A stretch of DNA of 64,000 nucleotides from Eledone cirrhosa (taxonomy: Eukaryota): assembly GCA_964016885.1 (NCBI GenBank), contig OZ024742.1:194184001-194248000 (forward strand), given 5' to 3'. Numbering within the stretch: the first letter of the stretch is position 1; each line of letters begins with the position of its first letter. Positions 11,901 to 24,259 of the stretch are shown piece after piece. Position numbers and translations under genes: made by a program. The notes under the pieces were generated by a model. It was not told where the DNA came from and did not search any database. It saw only the letters and a program-made list of their open reading frames with translations.

Positions 11901-12430
11901 TTCGGGCCACACCTGCAAAAGGCCCCTTTTTCAGCGGCACCATTATTGCTGTCGCTACTGGTCTTGTTGGTGTTGTTGCTGTTGCTACTGCGACGAACGG
12001 TATTGTTGGTGTTGTTGCTGTTATCACCGTTGTAGTTGGTTGTGTTTTTGCTGCCACCGTTGTTGATTTCGGTGCAATTTGTAATGTTGCTGTTGGTGTT
12101 TTTCTTGTTAATGGTGTGAATATCGTTGTTGCATTTGTTTCATTTTTTCTGTTGTCTGTACTTTGGTTGACGCTGATATTGTTGTAGTTGGTGTAATTCT
12201 TTCGAAATTAGTGTTCTCAGTGTTGTCTTTCTTCACGTTGTTTGTGGTGGTGTCTGTTGTAAGAATGTTTGAAACCCTCCTCTCAACTGAAATGCCATTG
12301 ACAGCAGACATATTGCTGGAGTGCGTGGCTCAGCCATGTTTTTTTAAAAACATTTTTTCTTTTTAAAGTAAATGTTCAAATATTTAGGCCAAAAGGCCCA
12401 AATAGTTTACTTTCCCCTTCACAGGGAAAA
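8909..12430 (-). mobile_element. Tx1-like LINE copy 2, decayed, with ORF1 C-terminus and APE deleted
   Basis: Frameshifted RT pieces (LDQSKAFDRVDH, QGCPLS, YADD, CSRC..H..C). ORF1 remnant at 11541-12337 joins the ORF2 linker near 11540. Confidence 0.88.
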
Positions 12431-12549
12431 GTCTAAGGGCTTATATCCCTTACACAACAAGAAATATTTAACAACAAATAATGTTAACAGGCAAATAAAG
12501 CGATATTATTTTTCCATTTATTGTTAGCATTGTTAAAAATAATGCTAAC

Positions 12550-15535
12550 AAGAAATGAAAAATAATATACATAATACCAAAAATAGGACAAAATACATAA
12601 CGAAACTAAGTATAATATCACGACCAAAAGTTCATCAAGCAAACACCAACAGGAATATAAACATTGAACAAAGAAAAATCCATTTTTTTAAGTCAGGACA
12701 ACAAAAACCGGAAAAAGAAAAGCTCCAGGAGGAAACATACCCAAAACAACTGAAGACGTAGATCCTAAAATAATTAATTTATCCAAAAAGAGATCTTGAC
12801 ACTGATGAAATGCAAATTCTGTGAAAAGGACTGAAATTCACACCGACTCCAACAGCCAGCCCCCAAGAACTGAAGGAGGATACTCAAGAATTCTGTCATA
12901 AATTACGACTTGTAGAATTCTTCGCTGATAAAAGTAAAGAATAAATCAAATTTCACTCCGCCAAAAGGAAGAACTATCTATCTCGACCAATACATTGATA
13001 TACTGTCTAAATTTCCTCTTACACGTAATATTACCAAATCGGAAATGTCTGCACTTAAACGTATACAAAATTATAAAACAATAATAATTAAACAAGGAGA
13101 TATAGGGGGTGCAATTGTTATAATGGATGCTGAATACTACAAAGATTTGGTTAAGGAACAACTGAAAGACACAACATTCTATCATGAAATACAGTCAAAT
13201 ATAGACCACAACATGATGAAGAAGATCAACAACCTGGCTTCAAAATACTACAACTCACTTACAGATAAGGAAAGAGACTACATCACCAATTTTGAGCCAA
13301 ATCCCAGCAACCTGTATTGCCTACCAAAAGTTCATAAGTCAAAAGAAATACAACTAGCAGTAAAAGAACAAAAAAGTGAGGACATTAAATTACTACACCC
13401 AACAGACTTAAAACTTAGACCTATTATAGCTGGTCCAATCTTGTTGACATTATTTTGAAACCACTATGTATTCACATACACAGTTTCATCCGGGATGATA
13501 TCGACTTCCTGTCCCATATTCCCAAAACCACGGACAAGATTTCACTTCTACTTAGTTTTGATGTGGTAAGCCTTTATACCAAGATTACACATGATTCAGG
13601 AATAAAGGTGGTTAAATATTGGGTGGAAAAACATAGAGAAGTGATTCCAACCAGATTCCCAGCGTCATTTATATTATACACAGACAAACTTATTCTGGAA
13701 AACAACAGTTTCTTTTTCAATGGAAAGAATTACATCCAAATTAGAGGCACAGCGATGGGGACGAAGTTTGCTCCCGTTTACGCGAACTCTGTAATGAGAT
13801 ACTTAGAACAACTCTATCAAGAAATAGAGGAAAAATATAGCACTGAATTTAGAAAGTACATTGAAAAGTCTTGGAAGAGATACCTTGACGATTGTTTCAT
13901 CATCTGGGCATCATCTCTGGATGAGTTCAATATCCTCCTGAATAACATACAGCCATCTCTCCAATTCACAAAATAGATGAGTAGTACCAAATTACCATTG
14001 CTAGATATAATGGTAATCAAAAACGACACCACCTAATGGTGTATGTTATTCAGGATGATATTGAACTCATCGGATATATAACATAAACCCACAGACACCC
14101 ATCAATATCTGAATTTTAAATCGTGCCAGCCACCTCATACAAAACGCAGCATCCCATACTGCCTAGCCAGAAGAATTTGTACCATTGTAGCAGATACGTA
14201 TACCAGGAACAAACGCCTGACAGAACTGAGGGAATGTTTGCTCAAACAATAATACCCATCTCTACTTATAGAAAATGGCATACAGCGGGCTATAAAAATA
14301 CCTATACAACAACTTAGGACAACCCAAGGAAGAAGAAACCAAGAACTGTTCATACCATTTTTAATGACACAACCCATGTCACCAGAAAATCTTCAACACT
14401 GTCAAAGCAAAGCTACCGATGATTGCTCAAAGTAATGAATAAAAAGGTTTAATCACAGACCGATCTTTGACTCTTAGTAAAAGACAGCCGAAAATTTTGA
14501 AGCAATTACTAACAAAGGCAAAGTTTGACCTTAACAGCAAAGACCAATCATTCACTGTATCTAAATGCAATGATAGTCGATGTGGCACAGATCAATCCAT
14601 ACACACTGGTCAATACATGAAACAAAACTAAAACTAGAAAAATATTCTCAAATGCAAATATGAACTGCAAAAGCAGAAATCTAATTTACAGCATTAAATG
14701 CCCGAATTGTGAAGAAACATATGTCAGTCAAACTGGAAATGCACTATCGGAACCTGCACGGGTGCACCGACAGCAAATCAGATACCCAAATGTCCGTCAG
14801 ATACCCCTGAGTAACCATCTAGCAACATGTGGTCAGAAAATATTTATATTCTACAAATTACACAGCCAAGTGAAATCAAGAGAAAAATTAAAGAAAATAA
14901 TTTTATTGATAAATTCCAACCCAAGCTAAATGAACAATAATAATGCTTAGAGGTATTACTTCTACTATGACTACGCCTACGACCATGTCGACTACCACCA
15001 CTAACAACAACAACAGCAATAATAATAATAATAAAAGTGATGTTCATGGTGATGATTACTGAAGATTTTTTTATAAAACCTTACAAAATGCTATTTTCAT
15101 CATTTCTAAAAATAGCAAAACAATCGGTGCTTTGGATAGGATCAAATAAATATCGTTAGACATGCTCAACCAACCGTGACGCCTAAACCTATCAGCTTTA
15201 GTAATCTAGGGTAACTACACACCGTTTGGTCGAAATACAGTTAGCAAAACTTAGCATTCTGTAGCATCTTTTTACTGTATATAAGGCACAGAATGTACCC
15301 ATCTCATTACAGTTGAAAATTGCAAACTTGACTGTCACCACTGAATCTGACCCTGAAGATTGCGAAAGCGTGAAAGTACTTGTTCAATTAAGACTTAACA
15401 TTTAATATCCTACCATAATATTTCATTATAATATCATTATAATTTTAAAGGTTTGTAAATAAAACTAGTAAATCAGACAAAGTTGGAATTTCTTTTATTA
15501 ATATAATCTTCTATACACAATCATACACACCCGTT
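12550..15535 (+). mobile_element. Penelope-like element (Neptune-like), near full length, decayed
   Basis: KGLKFTPTP, IIIKQGDIGGAIVIMD, LPKVHK, LRPIIAGP, SFDVVSLYT, GTAMGTKFAPVYAN, RYLDDCF, HKPTD, Cys linker, GIY-YIG NLIYSIKC..YVSQTG; ends at (TA)n. The subclade call is tentative. Confidence 0.88.
15348..15386 (+). ncRNA. Minimal type I hammerhead ribozyme in the Penelope pLTR
   Basis: tgacc-CTGAAGA-T-TGC-gaaa-GCG-T-GAAA-gtac-TT-gttca; palindromic helix III; one helix I mismatch. Confidence 0.65.
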
Positions 15536-15537
15536 TA

Positions 15538-15582
<45 letters not shown>

Positions 15583-15980
15583 GCCGCATTTAGCAGCAAC
15601 ATTTAGCTTATCGCCTCAGTTCTGGGTAGAAAGAAAAGCCTGTTGAAAAACTGAATCCTCCGTTCGATCATGAATACCACGAGCTTGCCAGTCACGTAAG
15701 TCTGATAGTTGATTTCGGATTCAAAGAAACACTTTAAACGATTAATCGTTTCAGGTATATTTTTCTCAACCTGTTAGTTCTATCGTTACATTAGTATAGT
15801 ATTGTGTGTTGGATTTGCCTACAACAACGTTCGATTTGTCAAGCTATTTAAACGTATGTTATTACTCTAAGGCCCTAACTTATCGAGTGCTTTGCTAACT
15901 CATCATTTCATATAAGTAGGCCGAATATACTTGCAAACCGCCAGAGATTCGATTTTACTAAATTTCCAATTATATATATA

Positions 15981-16404
15981 CATGGGAGGAGGTTATAGTT
16001 CACTTGAAGCATTGTCTAATGAGGTATACACGTTTGTATATGTATAATAAAGCCCAAACAATGCAGGTATAGACATAGAATAAAGAATGTAAATGCAATA
16101 TATATTGTTGACAATTAGTCTTTTACCTTAGATTTATTTAAATGTCCTAAATGTTCGAGATAATATCTCTTCTTCAGAGTGAAGTAAAGTTGTCAAACCA
16201 GTGTTCTAAATAGCTTGGCAAGCTATTTAGAACACTGGTTTGACAACTTTACTTCACTCTGAAGAAGAGATATTATCTCGAAAATTTAGGACATTTAAAT
16301 AAATCTAAGGTAAAAGACTAATTGTCAACAATATCTATTACATTTACATTCTTTATTCTATGTCTATACCTGCATTGTTTTGGCTTTATTATACATATAC
16401 AAAC

Positions 16405-16406
<2 letters not shown>
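15981..16406. repeat. Fold-back (palindromic) pLTR-like element flanked by (TA)n
   Basis: Arms 16030-16217 and 16219-16406 are reverse complements with about 4 mismatches. Hammerhead-like core CTGAAGA..GAAA at 16259-16283, with poor helix I. Confidence 0.85.
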
Positions 16407-16486
<80 letters not shown>

Positions 16487-17012
16487 GAAAAGTATAGAAA
16501 TTGTTGTAGCGAGAAGCTAACAGTATTCCATAACATATATGTGACTATAGCGTCAAAATGGGAAAATAGTTAACATAAGATATGGGAAAATAATTCAGAC
16601 TCAATTCAAAAGGAATCAGGATATAGATTTATCCAACAGAATTTAGAGAAATCCAGGGAAAAATCAATAGAGCCTTAACTCATGATAAAACAATGTCTAA
16701 AGTACGCAACATTCAATTTGGGACAACTTCAAATGCTCTGTATAGTCTTGAAAAGACTATTTCACGAAAAACTTCAGTGGAGATGGTCACGGTTGGATTT
16801 CGTTCCTCAGCAGAGCTCAACATAGTAACCAAGGTCTCACTGGTAATATGCCAAAAAGGGAATTTAAAAGCAGGCTGGTTTAACATCATGCGTGGTTATT
16901 AAAATAAACGCACATGTGGAAAAACAGGGCTGGTGACGTCAGAATGAGACAAATGTTTGTTTACATGAAACAACAGTCAAAAACATTCCGAAAGAAAACT
17001 CTACAAAAGGAG

Positions 17013-17108
<96 letters not shown>

Positions 17109-17304
17109 TGTGTGTGTGTGTGTGTACTCCTGTTATATTCTCAATTGTTCTATGTTCTATTTATTGAGAAGCTACAGGTGTGAATCAAATTTCATGCCAG
17201 TTTTAATAAAAGCCTTGGCAAGAAATGTTAGACATTTCAATCATTCTCACATCTTCGTAGCTAATAAGATAAGATACGATGTAATACCAATAAATATATC
17301 TATA

Positions 17305-17395
<91 letters not shown>

Positions 17396-17496
17396 CTGTG
17401 TCTGTGTATGTGCACGAGTATGTATGGTATGTGTGTGTATGTATGTATGTATGTACGTATGTATGTATACGTGCGTGTGTCGGTACGCGTTTGCTC

Positions 17497-17536
<40 letters not shown>

Positions 17537-17595
17537 TTTCTAAAAAGCTAATATTTTACAAGAAATATGCTTGTCCATCAATTATCCGATGAAAT

Positions 17596-18060
17596 ATGTT
17601 ATACCATGCCAGACCCATAATTCATTATACAGACGTGTAACACGACTGAATGTGTCACACATTAAATCATATTTATAACATTATGTGTAACATGATTGAA
17701 TGTGTTATCCCACGTCACCCACCTTATATATATTATACTGTGGTGCAACCTTACTGAATGCGTTATCCCATGTCACACACATTATATTTATTGTACTGTT
17801 GTGTATCACGTATGAATGTGTTATAAGATGTCATACGTTCATTATATTTATATCATATATTAAGTGAAACACGATTGAATGTGCTATACCATGTCACATA
17901 CACGATATTTCCTATGCTGTTGTGTAACACGCCTGAATGTATATGTCACACATACATGAGATTTCCCATAGATGGTGTAATATGATTGAGAAAGTTATAT
18001 GATGTTACTAATACATGATATCATCAATGCTTCAATGTAGTATGACTATGTGTTATACCT
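17596..18060. repeat. Degenerate ~60-bp minisatellite, about 8 units
   Basis: Recurring GTGTAACACGA(C/T)TGAATGTGTTATACCATGTCACA motif. Confidence 0.75.
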
Positions 18061-20581
18061 ATTTCACTTTGTTCCAAATTTTATACTACGCTAATAGTTA
18101 ACTCACCTTACTCATCAACAATCGGAAACATGTCCCATACATATGCCATATGACAGCATGTTGCATTACATTTTTCCAGCTTTGTACCTATATATGTATG
18201 TATGTCGGTAACTATTGAGCCGCAGGTTTTATGTCGGGTTTATCCCATGTTGATCTTTTCTTTTTGTCGGGTTATAGCTACTGTCACTCAGAAAGTGGGA
18301 CTGGCTCAGTGCACAGTCTCACAATATTACCTCACTATAAAAATAATCTTCACGCACAAGCATTACACGATATAATTAATTAATAATTATTAATATTGGT
18401 ATATTGTGCAATATCGATACTCGATAACGAGAGGTCAGCCATCATGTATGTATGTATATATGATGTGTGTATGTATTTATGTATGTATCATGTACGTATG
18501 TATGTATGATGCATGTATGCATATATATATGCATGTATGTATGCATGTATACATGCATATATGCATACATGTATGTATGCATGCATGTAGTATGTATGCA
18601 TACATGAATCTCGTGATTGCGAGGCGAACCTCTTCACTATTTAGTTATGTCTGCCTGTCTATATCAGTGACTTTTTATGGAATAGATATTATTTATCTTC
18701 ATTTCGAAGTTGGCAGCTATCTCGGGAATAATTTGGTAGCTATATTAGTATTCATGTAATATTAACTGCAAACATATGAGTTACCCATAAGCAGTGTGTT
18801 ATGAGATATACTTAACTTGTGAAATAAAACTTCTAGCAAGAACTGTGGACAGTTGAAATTAGTTAACTGGTTAGCAGAAAGTGTCAAAAGCTTGGGCGAT
18901 GAAAATCGAACGTTAAAGTTTTTTTCAATCAGACTCCAGGCCTTATAAAAAAATGATAGTTGATATATGAATTGTTCGATTTGAAAAATATGGTACTTTC
19001 TTGTAAACAATTTCTAGAACAAACGATATAAACTAATAAATCTGCGTTGTATTGACAACATTGTTTTGGCTTTCTACACTGATTAAAAAATCTCATAATA
19101 CAATGCTTTTAGCATATTTCGTCCAAATACATATTAGATAACACCGTATTATTCGATATTATTTGATTATTTCTGTAACTGTCCAGTCTTCACACCGCTG
19201 GCAGCAACAAAAATTTAGTATTAGAGACACACATTTTCAACTAAGAGACGACTATCAAATAATGTAGATGAAACTCCGTAGTTTTATATTCTATTTACTC
19301 TTACAGGATGGGTGCAGCAATCAAAAGGTTATGGGTTCTATCCATTATGCCTTCGACGTATACACGTTACTATATCTACCGGTTGATCCAAGCATTGTGA
19401 CTGAAATTAGGCAAACGGAAACATTTTAGAAGCCCGTCAGATGTACTATACCTCTTAAGTAATGACCCAGCTTTGCCACTCGCGTTCAAAATGAATCTCC
19501 CTGAGTATAACGTTCGTGTAGACAGTCTTCGGGATGCTCAACCACGAGCACATTAATTGTTTAAATATTAGAAATAGTATATCTATTGTCGAAAGCGACA
19601 GAGTTCCATTCTATTCCATTCCAATTTTACAGTACAATAATTCTATGACGAAATTTTCATCAGGATTTTCATTCTAAAATTAAGAAATTATGATTCCGTA
19701 TATTATACTTGGAATATTCTTTCAGACATAACAGAAGATTACTTGAGGCCTACAAGTGCTCTACTAATATGGGGGACATTAAACGTTTTCTGACAGCAAC
19801 AACGATTAATATCCATACTTATTTTCAATATTGCCTAGAAGAAAACACTGTCAATCTAACAATTATAGATAATATTACTCAACTACACATCTTACAGTTA
19901 AGTATTACGTCTCCAAATTGTTGAGAAATAAAGTAATGCAAATGCATTGAGATAAGAAACTTACTACCTAAGTGTCCTGTGGGTCTATGTGAACACTTAT
20001 GAACATTTGCTAATAAATATCTATATCGATTGATCGAAAATTTATAGGATCAATCAATAATTCCTTGTACTGACATTCTACAAAATATTGTAAGATATTT
20101 CTTTCAAAATAGAATTCTGGTACTAATAGCATTAAGAATTTTATTTCAGTTCGATTAATGAATCTTACTTCCAATAAATGTTCTTTCACTTCATAAAACA
20201 GCAAAATTACTCCTAGTTGGTGAATGCAATATCGATTAGATTTCATTACGATATATATATTCTCTGGATAAGTGTGCTGTCGGGTGATATCCTATTTTCA
20301 GAGTGAAGAGGTATTTAGGAATTTAACTCAGTCTGATGAGCCAACTCCTAAAAGAAGCGGCAATATAGATGTTTAGTACATTCGATTAGGTACTTCTAAA
20401 GGTTTTCACCAAAGCTCTGCCTCTTTCGTCTAGATATATTTCTCAACACTTTTCTTTAATTGCAAACCCGAATGATTTAAGTATTCATTCACATTTTCTA
20501 ACGAATATTTCGATTAAAAATTGAGATCTTTTCCATAGACCATGCCCTTAGAATTATTTTGTCTAAAACCAATTGTTGTTG

Positions 20582-20925
20582 TTAGAATGGTGGATTAACA
20601 GCATCGAGTAGGTTTGGGTAAAATGCAACAAGGTAATAATTCAATTTAGGTACTGCATTCAAATCCCACCGAGATTTACTTTGCCTTTCATCCTTCCTTC
20701 CTTAAAATAAAGTAAGAATAAATTGCTGACTACAATTGTCAGTATTGGTAAAGCGTCAGACACCATACTTTGTGGAACAGAGTTACGTCCCTTTGCGTTC
20801 TGAATTCAAACCCTGCCGAGATTAGCATTGCTTTTCCTCTTTACGGGGTCGATAAAATAAAGCACCAGTAATGCACTGGTTCGATTTAATCAAAGTGCCC
20901 ACTCCCCAAATCAGAAATTATTATC
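20582..20925 (+). mobile_element. Two tandem decayed copies of the dominant tRNA-derived SINE
   Basis: B-box-like TTCAAATCCC/TTCAAACCC followed by GCCGAG..TTGCCTTTCATCC..GGGGTCGATAAAATAAAG. Confidence 0.7.
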
Positions 20926-22575
20926 ATTGTTCTTGCATTTTAGTTATCACTTAGCTCATACAAACAATTGATTTTATCGACTGGCCACCAACCAGCAGAT
21001 ATATGTTTAATGTACACCAGCCGTTACCAGTTGTTTTCTTAGCGGTATGAAGGGCTTTATTGTATGATGTGCCCTTGTATTTCATACGATTATCTCTGAT
21101 GTATGAGAAATATCTAACAGTCTGGACGGTAGCATAGCCTACCTTATCCTTATCCCCACCCGTTGGCAGATTCAATCGAATGAATCGTACTAATTAATGA
21201 CTGATTTTATCTTTCTGACTGCAGCCAGAGCAATGAAAAGAGAATCTTACAGTACTAGGATTTGAACTCAGTAGTAAAATTCGAAACAAATCTTAATGTT
21301 GTCAAACATTGAAAAGGTGTATCTATTTTATCGCCACAAATATATGGAAGTAGTTATTAACAATTTCACTTTGAAATCATACAGACCTGAATTCAATTAC
21401 ACTGTGAGACACCTTGGATAAGTGTATTAAAACTTCATTCAAATGCCTGACGATCAATTTAATAAAATCAACTGAATGATGATCGTTGTAAATGCGAGGG
21501 GATACTTTATCACTAATATATATTCTCAAAAGAAATATGACGCGTAGCCTTAAGTGTGTGCTTTAATATTTACTGATACGAGGAACCTTGATGAGTTTTG
21601 ATCATAACATTTAAAATTCCAATAAATGAGCTAATGGGCTGAAAAAATATAATTTACATAAGATTTTTCTATACAAATGTTCATTAGATATTCCCATCTG
21701 CTCTTTGAATATCAGCACATAGTTTAATAGAAGTCTTTGTAATTGTTAATAATATTAATACATAAATAACTAAATGGAATTACATATATTAGCTATAAAG
21801 AACGAAGAGTTACTTTGTTCCCGAAGAGAGGTTTTATTAAATCATAGTATTAAGATATATCAGGAAATTAAAATGAATTATTGATATAGTGTTGGGTTAA
21901 AAGGTTTCATGCTTCCCAAGATATAACCTGAAACCAAATGATGTTCCAATAAATAAAATACAATTTCTAGAAAATTAAATATATGACTTGAGTGAAAGCT
22001 ATATATTACGTTGGTTCAACCTTCGATCCAAGGCTTTTTCCAACAACAATGTGATAAAATGTTAAAGTAAATGATACCTCTGCGATGAAATATTTTTGAT
22101 TTCATTTCATAGCTGTCCTAGTGATATATATAAATGTGGAAAGACTCTAATCCTAAGCTACTGGGAAAATGGAAATGTCAAAACCTAATATAAAATATAG
22201 AAATCTGGAAATGTGTGAGCAGTCAAAACATTTATCTTTCTCTCGTTAGTAATATCAGCAATACGTTTGTGTAGTAGTAACGGGTCATATTCATATGTGG
22301 AGCTACTGAATACTAAGGACACAGATATGGCTGTAACGATTAAAAATTCACTTCGGAAACCCAGGTATATCGTTTCGATCAACCTGTGAAAGAACTTCGG
22401 TAACTTAGGATACCAGATCCTACCTCTAGTAGAAAAATTGGCTTGCGAGAAACACTTTGGTACCTTGTCGTATGGGCTGTAGATATAGTACAAATGTCAG
22501 ATTGGAGAAACACTGTACGGTTCTGATTCTCCCAGCGAATTACGTTAAAGTTTACTAGTACTCGTGAAATACTCA

Positions 22576-22630
<55 letters not shown>

Positions 22631-22644
22631 TCAGCCATATATAT

Positions 22645-23100
22645 AATTTCAATGTGGTCTATCCTTGGTGGTAGGGTCCGTACCGTAGATAGAACTCGAT
22701 GTAATCTGATGGCGAGTAATCCAGTGAAATCTATAGAAAGGTTCCGTGTTCTGTTGAGTTAATTACTTCAATAGAGGATCAGATATCAGGTATTAGTTTA
22801 ACAATGAAGATAATAACAACAAATTCCAGTTGTTTTACCTATTCATATCATTGTTTTACAATCGTTCTGGAGGGTTGATCATATTGTCTGATCGGTAGCA
22901 GTTATATAACTGTATACTATCAGACTTCGTAGATAGGTTCGATCAGACCGTCGTCTTCGGAAACAAACTTCGTTTCCCAAACAATGATTGTTTCAAAAGA
23001 AGATGGTCTGAACGAACCTATATCTGAAGCCTGATAGTATACAGTTATATAACTGCTATAGATCAGACAATATGTCAATATGATCACCCCCCCCCTCGAT
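22645..23100. repeat. Older fold-back element between (TA)-rich tracts
   Basis: About 22864-22962 is the imperfect reverse complement of about 22987-23100. Confidence 0.7.
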
Positions 23101-23978
23101 TTTTTTTGTATATATACGTAATATATTTGTATATAGATATATATATAGAATAGAAAACGAAAAATCAATGATGCATCTGAACTCAGTTTGTTGTGTGTTA
23201 CAATAGTTTTGCCGGCGGACAGCTCGAGACGCGATCTTTGTGTGGATCTGTCTGATTCTGGACCCGCAGGTTCGACGGACACGTCTAATGATTTCGGAGC
23301 ATATTGTCTCACTGGGTTATCTGACCCTCAAGGCCAGTACCGTCAAAAATGTCATCCTCTTCCCGCGTCCTATGATTGGCCGCTGGTTGTCCACGTCATC
23401 GTAATTCTCACCACAGGTACCAGTCCGCTGACCATCAGGGCGTTAGCTATCCCATGTCTGCTGCACTTCAATAAATTACTGCTGTGTTTGGTAGTTCACA
23501 CATACATGCGCGTGCGCGCGCGCGCACACACACACACACAATCACATAGGCAACGACAGTCGTACTCATAGACGCCCGCTATACACACACATTTAAGGAG
23601 AACATATAAACATATAAACATACGCATACATGCATCCAGAGACACGTACATACACAGATACATGCCCACATGCCTATATAAATCAACATACACACACACA
23701 TGTGCATATACATGCATACGCGTATATATACCCGTACACACAAATACGTACAGACATATACATAGTCACCCCCCTTTACCCACGCACACACATATATACA
23801 CGTACCCATATACATATATACACACACAGATACACGCTCGCTCGCAAACACACATATATACACACAAACAAGCCCTTTCCCAACACGGGTGCTTGTACAC
23901 ACACACACACACAAACACAGGCTCATATATACTCTTACACATATGAACATATCCATATATACTTACACGCACGCATAA

Positions 23979-24011
<33 letters not shown>

Positions 24012-24107
24012 CATAAAAAGAATATACACACAAAGTCATATAAAGATACACAATGGGCCATACATGAAAAGATGCATCTTGTTATAAAAATATACAAATA
24101 TTAAAAA

Positions 24108-24211
<104 letters not shown>

Positions 24212-24259
24212 TATAAAAATATAAAAACATATATACATATAACGGCACATACAGATACA

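Noticed and set aside
16030-16406. A-to-I editing signature between palindrome arms
   Set aside because: Three of the four mismatches seen are transversions, so there is no A-to-G bias.
20330-20420. CTGATGA as a hammerhead core, and a faint LINE RT-like stretch
   Set aside because: No helix II or GAAA partner, and the peptide similarity is too degenerate.
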